Part shown: positions 19,063 through 29,196 of the stretch, in pieces
Position numbering within the stretch: the stretch's first letter is position 1
Layout of the letters: every line of letters begins with the position of its first letter
Assembly: GCA_945860865.1 (NCBI GenBank)
Contig: CAMARW010000008.1
Span: 51,897-115,896 of the forward strand
DNA from: Chitinophaga pinensis
Lineage (GTDB): Bacteria; Bacteroidota; Bacteroidia; UKL13-3
DNA length: 64,000 nucleotides
Reading direction: 5' to 3'
Position numbers and translations under genes: made by a program
Notes under the pieces: model-generated
Seen by the model: only the letters and a program-made list of their open reading frames with translations
Told to the model about the DNA's origin: nothing
Databases searched by the model: none

Positions 19063-22000
19063 ATGAGAAAAATTCTATTATCAGCTTTCGTTTGTCTACC
19101 TATTTTATTGTGGGCTCAAAACTGTAAAATTATCACAGCAACGAAAAAGGTTTGTTTAGGCAATACCCTATTATTCAATGTTACTTTTGATGCAGGCTTT
19201 ACCGCAACATCTTTCGCCTGGAATTTTGGCAATGGCGCTACTAACACGCAAGCTAATCCGGTATACCAATACCCCGCACGTGGCAAATTTGTTCCTACGC
19301 TTACTGTTACTTTTTCTAACGCCACAAGTTCCAGTATCACTGGTGATACCATTTTTGTGGTTGATAACCCTAAGGCAGATTTTAATATGAGTACTGCCCT
19401 TAGCCAATGTTTTAAAAACAACGAAAGTTGTATGCAAGATCTATCCACCCCAGGCATAGATAATGCTCCCTTAGTTACAAGGCTATTCCTTTTTGGCGAC
19501 GGCTCTTTTTATAGTCCGCCACAAGGTGGCTCAACAAATATTTGCCACAACTATACAAACCCTCTGGGAGGCGTTTATAACATTGTACTCGAAGTTACAG
19601 ACGCCAATAATTGTATCTCACGCCAAGAAAAAACAAACCATGTAACGGTGTTCGCGAAAACTCAAAGTATCAGTTTTAGAACAACCTACAACGTTCAATG
19701 TAATCAAACGCCTGTTACGTTTACTAATTTATCAGCGTTGCCTTTATCACAACTTAATAGTTATCAATGGGATTTTGGCGATGGTAATAAGGCAAACAGT
19801 CCTTGGTCTAATTTTGTGCATACTTATACTGCTGCAGGAGAATTTATTGCTAAATTGAGTATTGAAGATAAAAATGGATGTCGAGATACTTTCGTGCTCA
19901 ATCCGGCGGCAAAAAATTATAAGTTGGATAGCAATATTTATGTAAGAAATACTTCAATGTGCTACGCTGGCAATGGATTTAGGTTTACTTCTATGAATCC
20001 AAATGTGGCCAATGTTAACTGGGCATATTACAAAGTTGGTGACCCAACGAGGGTAGACACAATTATAAATTCTCTTAGCGATTCCGTAAATTTTGATGAT
20101 TGTGGTGAATACAAAATCCGCATGTATGTTAGGTTGGGTAATTGTTTTGTTAGAGCAGATACTTCCATTTTTGTTTATGGGCCAAAATCTCAAATCGAAA
20201 CGCGCGCTAATAAAATTATAAATAGCATTCAATGTGAGATTTATGATACCGTTAAATTTAGAACTCCAGTAGGTGATTATTCTTGTTATTATGGTAATGG
20301 TCCAATGTATCGGTTGTGGGATTTTGATGATGCTTTTGCACCGCCTTGTACTACAGATACCAAAAACAATATAAATGTAGGAGTTAATTGCAGGTATAGT
20401 AAGGATAGTGCTGCGGTTTATCATAGGTATAGTGATGGTAAAGATCAGTGTTATAATGCAAAATTAATTTTAGGCGATGTTAGCAGAGCTTGTTTTGACA
20501 CAAGCAAGGTGGCTTTAAAACTAACTGCTCCCGATGCTGGTTGGGATAGTACCAGTAATCCTATAAGGCCAGGATTAACTTACAAACCATCTATTCCCTG
20601 TTTAAATGATGTTATAGTTTTTGATTTAAAACAAACATTGCCCTTATGTGGTAGAGAATTAGCGTGGTTTATGCCAGATTCTGCCTGCGCAAACGCTGCT
20701 TGGATTCAGATAGATACATTTTCAAATGTTTTTTCGCATGTTTATAACAAAACTTGCAGCCCCTTGGGTTATGTAACAGTTGGATTAATTATTAAAAATG
20801 GGAAAGATAAAAATGGGAAGGATTGTTTTGATACCGCTTGGTACCATAATATGTTTCGGTTTTTCCCAATTAACCCTGTATTTAGTGTTGAACGTGTGAA
20901 TGAAGGTTGCGGACCTTGGCGGGTTAAGCTTTCTATGGTCGACTCTATTCAGGATAGTTTAAAGCAGGTTGCTATTAATTTTAATGCCCCAGGGGGTAGT
21001 TTTGTGCAAAATTTTGGTCCCAATGATTCTATTATCTCAAGCAGGTTTTACACTTATACAACACCAGGTATAAAAAGAATTTCTGTTACCATTAACAATA
21101 CGCGAAACTGTGCATTGCGATACGAAATAATAACATTCTTTGGTTTTGCCAGAAGTTTTAAACCCGAGAAAAACATTGTTTGTTTAAATGAAGGGGCAAC
21201 CATGATAGACGATGTTGCTTATTATAATTCTACCGTTAAATTTTGGGAAGACCCCGCGAGGGCCGCAGCTGGAAAGGAACAATTGTATTGGGATTTTGGA
21301 GATGGCAAGGGATTTATTACAACAGGTTCTAGGCCCAAATATAAATATAGTAGGGTGGGCAATTATACGGTAAGAATGGTTTCGGTAGATAGCATTGGTT
21401 GCCGAGATACTTTTGCTTTTGCTACCAAAATAAAAGTGGTGGATGTGGAGGCGGCAATTAAAGCAATGCAAGCGCGGTATTTGTGTGCACCACAAATTTT
21501 GCCATTTACCGATGAATCTAAATACTTTGATTCGGCTGCTTTGTATGGCGATTTACCTTATGATAAAATTGTATCTTGGGATTGGGATTTTGGTGATAAT
21601 AAAAACAATAGTTTGGTGCAAAACCCCGTACACGATTTTACAGCCAACGGTAATTACAATGTAAAACTTAGAATAGAATCCGCAAATGGTTGCATAGACT
21701 CTACCAGCATCCCAATCTGGATTGATGGTCCAAGGCCCAAATTTGATATTGTTTCTGATACAATAGGCTGCGCTCCTTTTTTGTTGGAGCTTAAAAATAC
21801 AACAGGTTATCCACTCATTAACTGGGTATGGTATTTTAGAGACCAAAATAATGCAACTTCCAGCACGCAAATAGATTCTAATGTAAAACATATTTACACC
21901 CAAGCAGGTACTTATAAAATTTATGTGGTAGGGGAGGATACTATTTTTAACCCGCTTACTGGTCAGTACAAAACTTGCTTGGCTGCTTTCCCCGATTCTT

Positions 22001-22842
22001 TAAATGTTAATTCGCCCGTAAGAACCATCCGTGTTTTACCTTCTATTAGGGCCAATATTTTTGCTCCAGATACTGTTTGTAAAGATGAGCCTTTTAATCT
22101 CATTGCTCGTCCGCTCCAGCTTGTGCCAGCATTTGCCTGGGATTTTGGCGATGGCACACCACTTAAGCAAGAATTGTATCCAGATACGGTAACCCAACAT
22201 ACTTATACCAGCATGCAAACTTTTAGGGTAAGATTATACCCTTTGTTGCCTGGTGCTATTTGCGTAGATACAGCATACAAAAACATAACGGTAAGCAATG
22301 TTGTGGCCAATTTTGACATGGATCAAAGCAAATTGCCTCTCATTCAGTTTCAAAATACATCTCAATTTGCTGTACGCTATGAATGGGATTTTGGGCACCC
22401 CACCAGTGGAACTAAAAATAACAGTACTTTAGAAAATCCTTCGCATAATTTTATTGGTGCTGCGGGTTCTTTTACAGTGTGTTTAGTTGCTTATAATGCC
22501 CAAGATTGCTGGGATTCTATCTGCAAACAAACCTTGCCTGCAGATGTAAGGGTTAATATTCCTAATGTTTTTACGCCCAATAATAACGGTAGCAACGATG
22601 CTTTTGATATAGATATTGTAGGCGGTAGTTCTTATGATTTGGTTATCTATAACCGTTGGGGAGATCTGGTTTATGAATCTAAGAAGGATGGTTTTGGAAA
22701 TGATGGAGTAAATTGGAATGGCAAAAACTTTAATACAGGGGCTGATTGTCCGGATGGTGTTTATTTCTTTGTTTTTAATTATAGCATGAATGGAAATCCA
22801 ACGCCCAAAACTGAACGCGGTTCCCTCACTTTAATTAGATAA
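19063..22842 (+). CDS. PKD-repeat protein with gliding-motility-associated (T9SS type B) C-terminal domain
   Basis: Multiple W[DN]FGDG PKD motifs. C-terminus IPNVFTPN.NG.ND.F...YNRWG...PDGVYFFV...GSLTLIR. Confidence 0.9.
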   Translation: MRKILLSAFVCLPILLWAQNCKIITATKKVCLGNTLLFNVTFDAGFTATSFAWNFGNGATNTQANPVYQYPARGKFVPTLTVTFSNATSSSITGDTIFVVDNPKADFNMSTALSQCFKNNESCMQDLSTPGIDNAPLVTRLFLFGDGSFYSPPQGGSTNICHNYTNPLGGVYNIVLEVTDANNCISRQEKTNHVTVFAKTQSISFRTTYNVQCNQTPVTFTNLSALPLSQLNSYQWDFGDGNKANSPWSNFVHTYTAAGEFIAKLSIEDKNGCRDTFVLNPAAKNYKLDSNIYVRNTSMCYAGNGFRFTSMNPNVANVNWAYYKVGDPTRVDTIINSLSDSVNFDDCGEYKIRMYVRLGNCFVRADTSIFVYGPKSQIETRANKIINSIQCEIYDTVKFRTPVGDYSCYYGNGPMYRLWDFDDAFAPPCTTDTKNNINVGVNCRYSKDSAAVYHRYSDGKDQCYNAKLILGDVSRACFDTSKVALKLTAPDAGWDSTSNPIRPGLTYKPSIPCLNDVIVFDLKQTLPLCGRELAWFMPDSACANAAWIQIDTFSNVFSHVYNKTCSPLGYVTVGLIIKNGKDKNGKDCFDTAWYHNMFRFFPINPVFSVERVNEGCGPWRVKLSMVDSIQDSLKQVAINFNAPGGSFVQNFGPNDSIISSRFYTYTTPGIKRISVTINNTRNCALRYEIITFFGFARSFKPEKNIVCLNEGATMIDDVAYYNSTVKFWEDPARAAAGKEQLYWDFGDGKGFITTGSRPKYKYSRVGNYTVRMVSVDSIGCRDTFAFATKIKVVDVEAAIKAMQARYLCAPQILPFTDESKYFDSAALYGDLPYDKIVSWDWDFGDNKNNSLVQNPVHDFTANGNYNVKLRIESANGCIDSTSIPIWIDGPRPKFDIVSDTIGCAPFLLELKNTTGYPLINWVWYFRDQNNATSSTQIDSNVKHIYTQAGTYKIYVVGEDTIFNPLTGQYKTCLAAFPDSLNVNSPVRTIRVLPSIRANIFAPDTVCKDEPFNLIARPLQLVPAFAWDFGDGTPLKQELYPDTVTQHTYTSMQTFRVRLYPLLPGAICVDTAYKNITVSNVVANFDMDQSKLPLIQFQNTSQFAVRYEWDFGHPTSGTKNNSTLENPSHNFIGAAGSFTVCLVAYNAQDCWDSICKQTLPADVRVNIPNVFTPNNNGSNDAFDIDIVGGSSYDLVIYNRWGDLVYESKKDGFGNDGVNWNGKNFNTGADCPDGVYFFVFNYSMNGNPTPKTERGSLTLIR

Positions 22843-22867
22843 ACTTCCTGTTTTGGTTCAGGCCAAA

Positions 22868-25162
22868 TTAAAAGGGGTAACCAACGCCAACGTTGAAAAT
22901 GGTAGCGCTCCATAAATTACCAATATTGCCGTATGTAGGTAATACATTGCGGTTATTTAATGGTTTTCTAGGGTCAATAATGGGTACGGCTGCATCTAGT
23001 CTTACAACCAAAAAGTCTAGGTTAAGTCTTAAGCCAAGGCCTGATCCAACCGCCAATTGTTTGTAAAAGGAATTAAAAGCAAAAACAGCTTCTTCTCTCC
23101 CGTCTTCTTTGATGCGCCATATGTTTCCAACATCTGTAAAAATAGCGCCTTCAATAAAATGATTGAGGATATTAAAGCGAGATTCTATGTTAAATTCTAA
23201 ACGTACGTCTCCGCTTCTATCTGTATTGCCAGCAGCGTTGTATGCGCCCGGACCAATAGACCTTGGTAGAAAAGCCCTAATACTGTTGGCGCCACCGGTA
23301 AAAAAGCGCTTATCAAAGGGTACAAATTCTGGGGAGTTGCCATATGGGATGGCCACTCCAATAGCCAAACGCGACGCCAATCGGTTGTTCTCATCTAAAT
23401 ACCTATTATACCTAATATCGGCAAAAGTCTTGGCATATTGAAAATATTGAACACCCATAAAGGTGTTAAATCCTGTATCTGATTGTATGCCTAAAAGCGG
23501 AAAAGCTTGGTCTATAATGTTTCCGGCTAGTTCTAAAACATCCCATTTTATATAAGTATAATGTTTCTTTCTAATATTACCCTGGTTGTTAAAAACAAAG
23601 CCATAGCGCGAAGCCGTTACCAGGTTGTTGTTAAATACGCTTTGTAAATAAGGGTCGTTTTTGCTTTGCTCTTCTAAGCTACTATTGTTAAAATCTGTTT
23701 TTATATAACTAATCTCTGCTGGAACAAAATACTGGTTAAAATATGGACGGCTTTTCTGCCAGTTAAAACCCACAGCATATACATTGCGAATCCAGTTAAC
23801 ATTTTGTTCCCAAATAAACGAGGCTGTAACCATACTTCTATTAGTATATTTGTTCCACTTACTATCTAGTTTAGGTAAAAATAGCAATTTTGGGAAAATT
23901 AAATTGGCAGATAAATTAGATTCAAAACTGTTAAAAAAAGGAACAGTAGGAATATTAAAACCGCGCTGTGCCTCTACAGAAACGCGGTAACTCAACTGTA
24001 AAATCTCTGCGTTTTTAAATACATTTTTATCTGTTAATGTAATTTGAGAAGCCAATCCATAGTTTCTGCCAGATGAACCTGTAACCAAATTAGATTGATC
24101 GGAAGTAATGGCTTGGGGTTCGATGGTAAAATCATATTTATTGCTGGGCTGCAACTTTATAACGTAACTGATGCTAGGTGTATCTGTGCTTTCGTTCTTG
24201 GGAATTGCATTCATATTTACCGATCTGAAAATCTGTAAATCGTTAAGCCTGCTAAATGAAATGGTAGAAAGCGTTTGGTTATATGTTTGTTTGGGAGATA
24301 CCAAAAGAGCCCTTTCAAGCACTTGCGGATTTAATGGGTAGTTATTAGGTTTATAACTAAATTTTCTAAAATGAGTGGTATCTAAAAGCTTGTTATCTGT
24401 TTCCTTGTTTTCTATTTCAATAAATATGTGGTCTAGCCTATAGGTTTTAAATTTATTAAATCCCTCCGGGTTGCTAATATTAATTCCCACCATAGCTCTG
24501 TAATTATGCATGCCCGTGTCTAAATCAAATGCTACCACATCTTTCCCAAAAGAGTAATAGCCCTGGTCTTTAAGTTGATCAGAAATCCGGGCTTTTTCTT
24601 TAAGCATGTTTTCAAACTTTACCGGATTACCATACCTAATATGACTGAAATCAAATTGCGATTGCACCAATGAATCAATCGTTTTATCTGCTATATGTTG
24701 TTCTATGCGATAAATATGATAAGCCTTGCCAGTGCTAATGTTATATTTAACCTGTTTCTTGTGAATTTTGCCTGTAACTTCATAGCTAATTTCGGGATAA
24801 AAATAACCTTCTGTTTTTAAAAACCCCGTTATGCCTTTGATAGATGATTCTATTAAAATGCTATCCAAAATTACTGGAACTTCGCCAATTTTCTTTTGTA
24901 TGTTTCTCCCTAGCCAAGTTTCGGGGAAACTATTGCCCAAATGGTAAAATCTGAGGTTAAAACGGGTTAGACCTAAAATTCGTTTATTGGGAATTTGTTT
25001 AACATAGGCGTCTATATCACTGCTAAATAAACGCGATTCTCTGGTTTCTTTGATAGCTATTTTATTTTTATATAAAAATGCACCTTCTTTTTGGGCAAGT
25101 TTTGATAAATTGCATGCCTGCATCATTACTAAAAATATAGCAAGAATAAATACACTACGCAT
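22868..25162 (-). CDS. Omp85/BamA-TamA family outer membrane lipoprotein (TamL-like)
   Basis: Lipoprotein signal MRSVFILAIFLVMMQAC, POTRA-like region, FFTGGANSIRAF, GLGLRL...RLD, terminal GVGYPF. Start refined to 25162. Confidence 0.85.
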   Translation of the reverse strand: MRSVFILAIFLVMMQACNLSKLAQKEGAFLYKNKIAIKETRESRLFSSDIDAYVKQIPNKRILGLTRFNLRFYHLGNSFPETWLGRNIQKKIGEVPVILDSILIESSIKGITGFLKTEGYFYPEISYEVTGKIHKKQVKYNISTGKAYHIYRIEQHIADKTIDSLVQSQFDFSHIRYGNPVKFENMLKEKARISDQLKDQGYYSFGKDVVAFDLDTGMHNYRAMVGINISNPEGFNKFKTYRLDHIFIEIENKETDNKLLDTTHFRKFSYKPNNYPLNPQVLERALLVSPKQTYNQTLSTISFSRLNDLQIFRSVNMNAIPKNESTDTPSISYVIKLQPSNKYDFTIEPQAITSDQSNLVTGSSGRNYGLASQITLTDKNVFKNAEILQLSYRVSVEAQRGFNIPTVPFFNSFESNLSANLIFPKLLFLPKLDSKWNKYTNRSMVTASFIWEQNVNWIRNVYAVGFNWQKSRPYFNQYFVPAEISYIKTDFNNSSLEEQSKNDPYLQSVFNNNLVTASRYGFVFNNQGNIRKKHYTYIKWDVLELAGNIIDQAFPLLGIQSDTGFNTFMGVQYFQYAKTFADIRYNRYLDENNRLASRLAIGVAIPYGNSPEFVPFDKRFFTGGANSIRAFLPRSIGPGAYNAAGNTDRSGDVRLEFNIESRFNILNHFIEGAIFTDVGNIWRIKEDGREEAVFAFNSFYKQLAVGSGLGLRLNLDFLVVRLDAAVPIIDPRKPLNNRNVLPTYGNIGNLWSATIFNVGVGYPF

Positions 25163-25907
25163 GTTAACTAAGGCAACTATCAAATTGGTTAAATCATTGT
25201 CCGAAAAGTCAAATCGGTTTGCAAATAAGCTATTTGTTGCGGAAGGTAGCAAATCTGTTTTAGATTTACTTGCAGCCAACTGCCAATTAGTGCAAATTTT
25301 TGCTTTAGAAGATTGGGTCAAAGATAATGAAACAAAGGTACCAAATTCTGCGCGTATTACCGTTTTAACACCAAAAGAAATCACTCAATTGAGTTCGCTC
25401 AAAAGTTCCAGAGAGGTGGTAGCTCTTTTTAAAATACCAAATCATCGGTTCGAACCGAAATTTATTAAGGGTTTGGTATTGGCTTTGGATACCGTTCAAG
25501 ATCCTGGAAATTTAGGTACGCTCATTCGTTTGGCCGATTGGTATGGTATAAAACATATCCTCTGTTCTTCCGATACGGTAGATGCTTATAACGCCAAAGT
25601 GGTGCAAGCAACAATGGGCTCTTTAGGAAGGGTTAATTTATATTATGGCGATTTGTCAGCTTTTTTTGAAACACTCCAATTTCCTGTAATAGCAGCGGAA
25701 ATGAATGGCACGCCAGCGCGCAATTTTCATTTCAAAGAAAATATGGTTCTTCTTTTAGGTAATGAGGGCTCTGGGGTTCATCCTAGTCTGCAAACCCATA
25801 TACAACAGAGTATTTCTATTGAAAAATTGGGCTTTGCCGAAAGTTTAAATGTTGCTATGGCAGGTGCAATTATAATTGATAGGTATTTTGGTCAGGTATT
25901 GAAGTAA
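25161..25907 (+). CDS. TrmH/SpoU family RNA 2'-O-methyltransferase
   Basis: LFVAEG, VQDPGNLGTLIR, LGNEGSG, ESLNVAMA. Start refined to ATG 25161. Confidence 0.9.
   Translation: MLTKATIKLVKSLSEKSNRFANKLFVAEGSKSVLDLLAANCQLVQIFALEDWVKDNETKVPNSARITVLTPKEITQLSSLKSSREVVALFKIPNHRFEPKFIKGLVLALDTVQDPGNLGTLIRLADWYGIKHILCSSDTVDAYNAKVVQATMGSLGRVNLYYGDLSAFFETLQFPVIAAEMNGTPARNFHFKENMVLLLGNEGSGVHPSLQTHIQQSISIEKLGFAESLNVAMAGAIIIDRYFGQVLK
25445..25458. repeat. Dispersed palindrome TCGGTTCGAACCGA (copy 3)
   Basis: Exact 14-bp palindrome with the same 10-bp core, inside the TrmH gene (encodes RFEP). Confidence 0.8.
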
Positions 25908-25964
25908 TGGCACAAGGATTGTAAAAAATGATTGACTTATCTAACAAAAGAGTTTGATTGAAAC

Positions 25965-28448
25965 ATGGGAAAAATGCACGATAGATTGATTTTGAGTAAT
26001 ATAATTAGTGATGATAACGATAATTCCGACTTTATTTCATTGTTGAGTGAAGAGGAGGAGGATGTGATGAATAAGGAGGTGCTTCCAGAAAGTCTGCCAA
26101 TTTTGCCGCTTCGGAATACCATACTATTTCCTGGAGTGGTAATGCCTATTACCGTGGCTCGTGATAAATCAATTCAATTACTTAAGGAAGCAAATAAAAC
26201 GAAGGAGAAATGGGTTGGTGTGGTAGCGCAATTAGCATCAGATATTGAGGAGCCTGAAGAGGGAGATTTATATAGAATTGGCACCGTCGCAACCATTCTG
26301 CGCATGATAAAAATGCCGGATGGTAGCACTATGGCGGTTATTCAGGGTAAAAGACGTTTCGAAATAATATCTACTTTAACCACTGAACCCTATCTAAAAG
26401 CAAATGTTTTAGCCTTGCCTGAACCTATTTTTAAAGAGGATGATGAAGCACGCGCATTAGCTGAATCTATCAAAGATTACTCTCAAAAAATAATTAATAT
26501 GTCGCCACACATGCCCAGTGAGGCTGCAATGGCAATAAGTAAAATTAAAAGTCCAACCTTCTTGGTAAATTTTGTGGCCTCAAATCTCAATGCGGAAACA
26601 AAAATTAAACAAGAAATTTTGGAGGAGTTACCTTATATCAAAAGAGCACATTTGGTATTAGAAGCACTCAAAAAAGATTTTCAATTTGCGGAAGTTAAAG
26701 CACAAATTGAAAATAAGGTGCGGGGCGATTTGGATAAACAACAACGTGATTTCTTTTTGCAGCAACAAATTAAGGCCATTCAAGAAGAATTGGGTGGCGA
26801 TTCTCCAGAACGAGATATCGATAATTTAATGCAAATTGCTAAAAATAAAAAATGGTCAACCAAGGTTTCTGAAGCCTTTAACAAAGAGGTTGATCGTTTG
26901 CGCAGAACTAATCCAATGGCGCCCGATTATGGAATTCAACTCAATTATTTACAATTATTGCTCGACTTGCCTTGGTCTGAATACACAAAAGATAATTTTG
27001 ATTTAAAAAGAGCTGAGAAAATTTTAAATGAAGATCATTTTGGCCTGGAAAAAGTAAAGCAGCGTATATTAGAATACTTGGCAGTTCTGAAACTGAAAAG
27101 TAATATGAAAAGTCCTATTCTTTGCTTATACGGTCCTCCAGGTGTAGGTAAAACTTCGCTTGGAAAATCTATTGCTAAAGCGCTTGGCAGAAAATATGCC
27201 CGGGTAGCCTTGGGTGGATTAAGTGATGAAAGTGAAATTAGAGGACACCGCAGAACTTATATTGGTGCCATGCCAGGTAGAATTATTCAAAATCTTAAAA
27301 AGGTTAAATCTAATAATCCCGTTTTTGTATTGGATGAAGTTGATAAAATGGGAATGAGTTTTAGGGGCGATCCAAGCAGCGCGCTGCTAGAGGTGCTCGA
27401 CCCAGAGCAAAATGATACTTTTTATGATAATTTTGTTGAAATAGAATACGACTTATCCCACGTTATGTTTGTGGCTACAGCCAATTCTTTGGATCAAATA
27501 CAACCTGCCTTATTGGATAGGATGGAAATTATTGAGATTAATGGCTATACCCTTGAAGAAAAGGTTCAAATTGCCAAAAAATATTTAATCCCAAAGCAAA
27601 AAGAAAATCATGGTCTAAAACCTAAAGATTTTGAATTAAATGAAGAGGTGCTTAAGAAAATTATTGAAGGATACACGCGCGAAAGTGGTGTGCGTGGTTT
27701 AGAAAAACAAATTGCCTCTGTGGCGCGTCATATCGCTCGTGAAAAGGTAATGGCTAATAATTACAATAAAAAAGTAGATGCAGATGATATCCTTAAAATT
27801 TTAGGCGTGGATAGAGGTGATAAGGAAATCTACCAGGGGAATGATGTTGCGGGTGTAGTGACTGGTTTAGCTTGGACAAGCGTGGGAGGGGAGATTCTTT
27901 TTGTAGAAAGTATTCTGCATAAGGGTAAGGGTAAATTAACCCTAACCGGACATTTAGGCGAGGTAATGAAGGAATCTGCTATTACAGCGCTTAGTTACTT
28001 AAAGGCTAATTGCGAAAAACTGCAAATAGACCCCTTGGTTTTTGATCAATATGACCTGCACATCCATGTACCTGCTGGTGCAGTGCCTAAAGATGGTCCG
28101 TCTGCAGGTGTTACCATGTTAACTTCTTTGGCATCTATTTATACGCAACGTAAAATTAGGCCACATTTAGCTATGACGGGTGAAATAACTTTAAGGGGAA
28201 AAGTATTGCCTATCGGTGGCGTAAAAGAGAAAATACTTGCAGCTAAAAGAGCAGGAATTACAGATATACTTTTATGCGAAGCCAATAGAAGAGACGTGAT
28301 GGAAATAAAAGAAAATTACCTCACCAATTTAACCTTTACTTACGTTAAAGAAATGTATGAGGTAATTGATTTTGCTTTATTACCTGAAAAGGTTTCTAAG
28401 CCAATAGATTTATCGGTTACAGTTAGTCATACTTCTCCAACAACTTAA
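25965..28448 (+). CDS. lon: ATP-dependent protease La
   Basis: LPILPLRN N-domain, GPPGVGKTS Walker A, PKDGPSAG catalytic Ser. Confidence 0.97.
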   Translation: MGKMHDRLILSNIISDDNDNSDFISLLSEEEEDVMNKEVLPESLPILPLRNTILFPGVVMPITVARDKSIQLLKEANKTKEKWVGVVAQLASDIEEPEEGDLYRIGTVATILRMIKMPDGSTMAVIQGKRRFEIISTLTTEPYLKANVLALPEPIFKEDDEARALAESIKDYSQKIINMSPHMPSEAAMAISKIKSPTFLVNFVASNLNAETKIKQEILEELPYIKRAHLVLEALKKDFQFAEVKAQIENKVRGDLDKQQRDFFLQQQIKAIQEELGGDSPERDIDNLMQIAKNKKWSTKVSEAFNKEVDRLRRTNPMAPDYGIQLNYLQLLLDLPWSEYTKDNFDLKRAEKILNEDHFGLEKVKQRILEYLAVLKLKSNMKSPILCLYGPPGVGKTSLGKSIAKALGRKYARVALGGLSDESEIRGHRRTYIGAMPGRIIQNLKKVKSNNPVFVLDEVDKMGMSFRGDPSSALLEVLDPEQNDTFYDNFVEIEYDLSHVMFVATANSLDQIQPALLDRMEIIEINGYTLEEKVQIAKKYLIPKQKENHGLKPKDFELNEEVLKKIIEGYTRESGVRGLEKQIASVARHIAREKVMANNYNKKVDADDILKILGVDRGDKEIYQGNDVAGVVTGLAWTSVGGEILFVESILHKGKGKLTLTGHLGEVMKESAITALSYLKANCEKLQIDPLVFDQYDLHIHVPAGAVPKDGPSAGVTMLTSLASIYTQRKIRPHLAMTGEITLRGKVLPIGGVKEKILAAKRAGITDILLCEANRRDVMEIKENYLTNLTFTYVKEMYEVIDFALLPEKVSKPIDLSVTVSHTSPTT

Positions 28449-29154
28449 CCAATACGGCAAAATCCTTGGGATAAGGAGCGTTAATATGGTATTCTCTGTC
28501 GAATAAAGTGAAGCGAATGGCATACGCATGTAAAGCCACTCGTTTCATCATAGGCTCTGCGTTTTCCCATTTTCCTTCTTTAAACTTGGGCTTAATCTTA
28601 GCTAAATAAGGCATTACCCCACCGTAAGTGGTATCTGCCACCAAAGGAAAGTTTTGTGAAGCTAAATGTATTCTTATTTGGTGCAATCTGCCCGTAATAG
28701 GCATGCAAGCCAATAAAGTATAATGCCTGTAAACCTTTAAGGTTTGAACCAATGTTTCGGAGGGTTTACCCGCAATTTTATCTATTTTGGCAACTCCTTT
28801 GGCGGTTTGACCCAAAGGGGCACTGATACTCATTTCGTCTACTTGTAAATTACCTTGCACCATGGCATGATAAATTTTCATTACCTCACGTTTCTCAAAA
28901 AGCATGGCCATTTCGCGGTAAACCATTTCGTTTTTGGCAATAACAAGAACACCGCTTGTTTCCTTATCTAGGCGGTGACAAAGTTGTAAATTTTCATCGT
29001 GCTTTTTGGCTTGCCTGATAATTGAAAATACATCGCCATGCCTATCATCTAGCGATGAGTATAAGGCAGGTTTATTAATGAATATAAAATGCTCATCTTC
29101 AAAAATAATCATTTGAGAGAACGGAACTACTTTGGGCCTATCTGTTGTGGTCAT
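28423..29154 (-). CDS. RluA family pseudouridine synthase
   Basis: INKP, HRLDKETSG, TGRLHQIRIH, LHAY motifs. Confidence 0.9.
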   Translation of the reverse strand: MTTTDRPKVVPFSQMIIFEDEHFIFINKPALYSSLDDRHGDVFSIIRQAKKHDENLQLCHRLDKETSGVLVIAKNEMVYREMAMLFEKREVMKIYHAMVQGNLQVDEMSISAPLGQTAKGVAKIDKIAGKPSETLVQTLKVYRHYTLLACMPITGRLHQIRIHLASQNFPLVADTTYGGVMPYLAKIKPKFKEGKWENAEPMMKRVALHAYAIRFTLFDREYHINAPYPKDFAVLVKLLEKYD

Positions 29155-29196
29155 GCTGTAATTGTTAAAATGATTGTTGAAACTTTAAGGGCTTTT

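Noticed and set aside
25163-25384. N-terminal extensions in the ORF track (TamL to 25384, TrmH from 25050, M43 from 6502, LptF to 35887, DUF3276 to 49131)
   Set aside because: They overlap neighbouring genes or promoters. Signal peptides and family N-termini support the shorter starts
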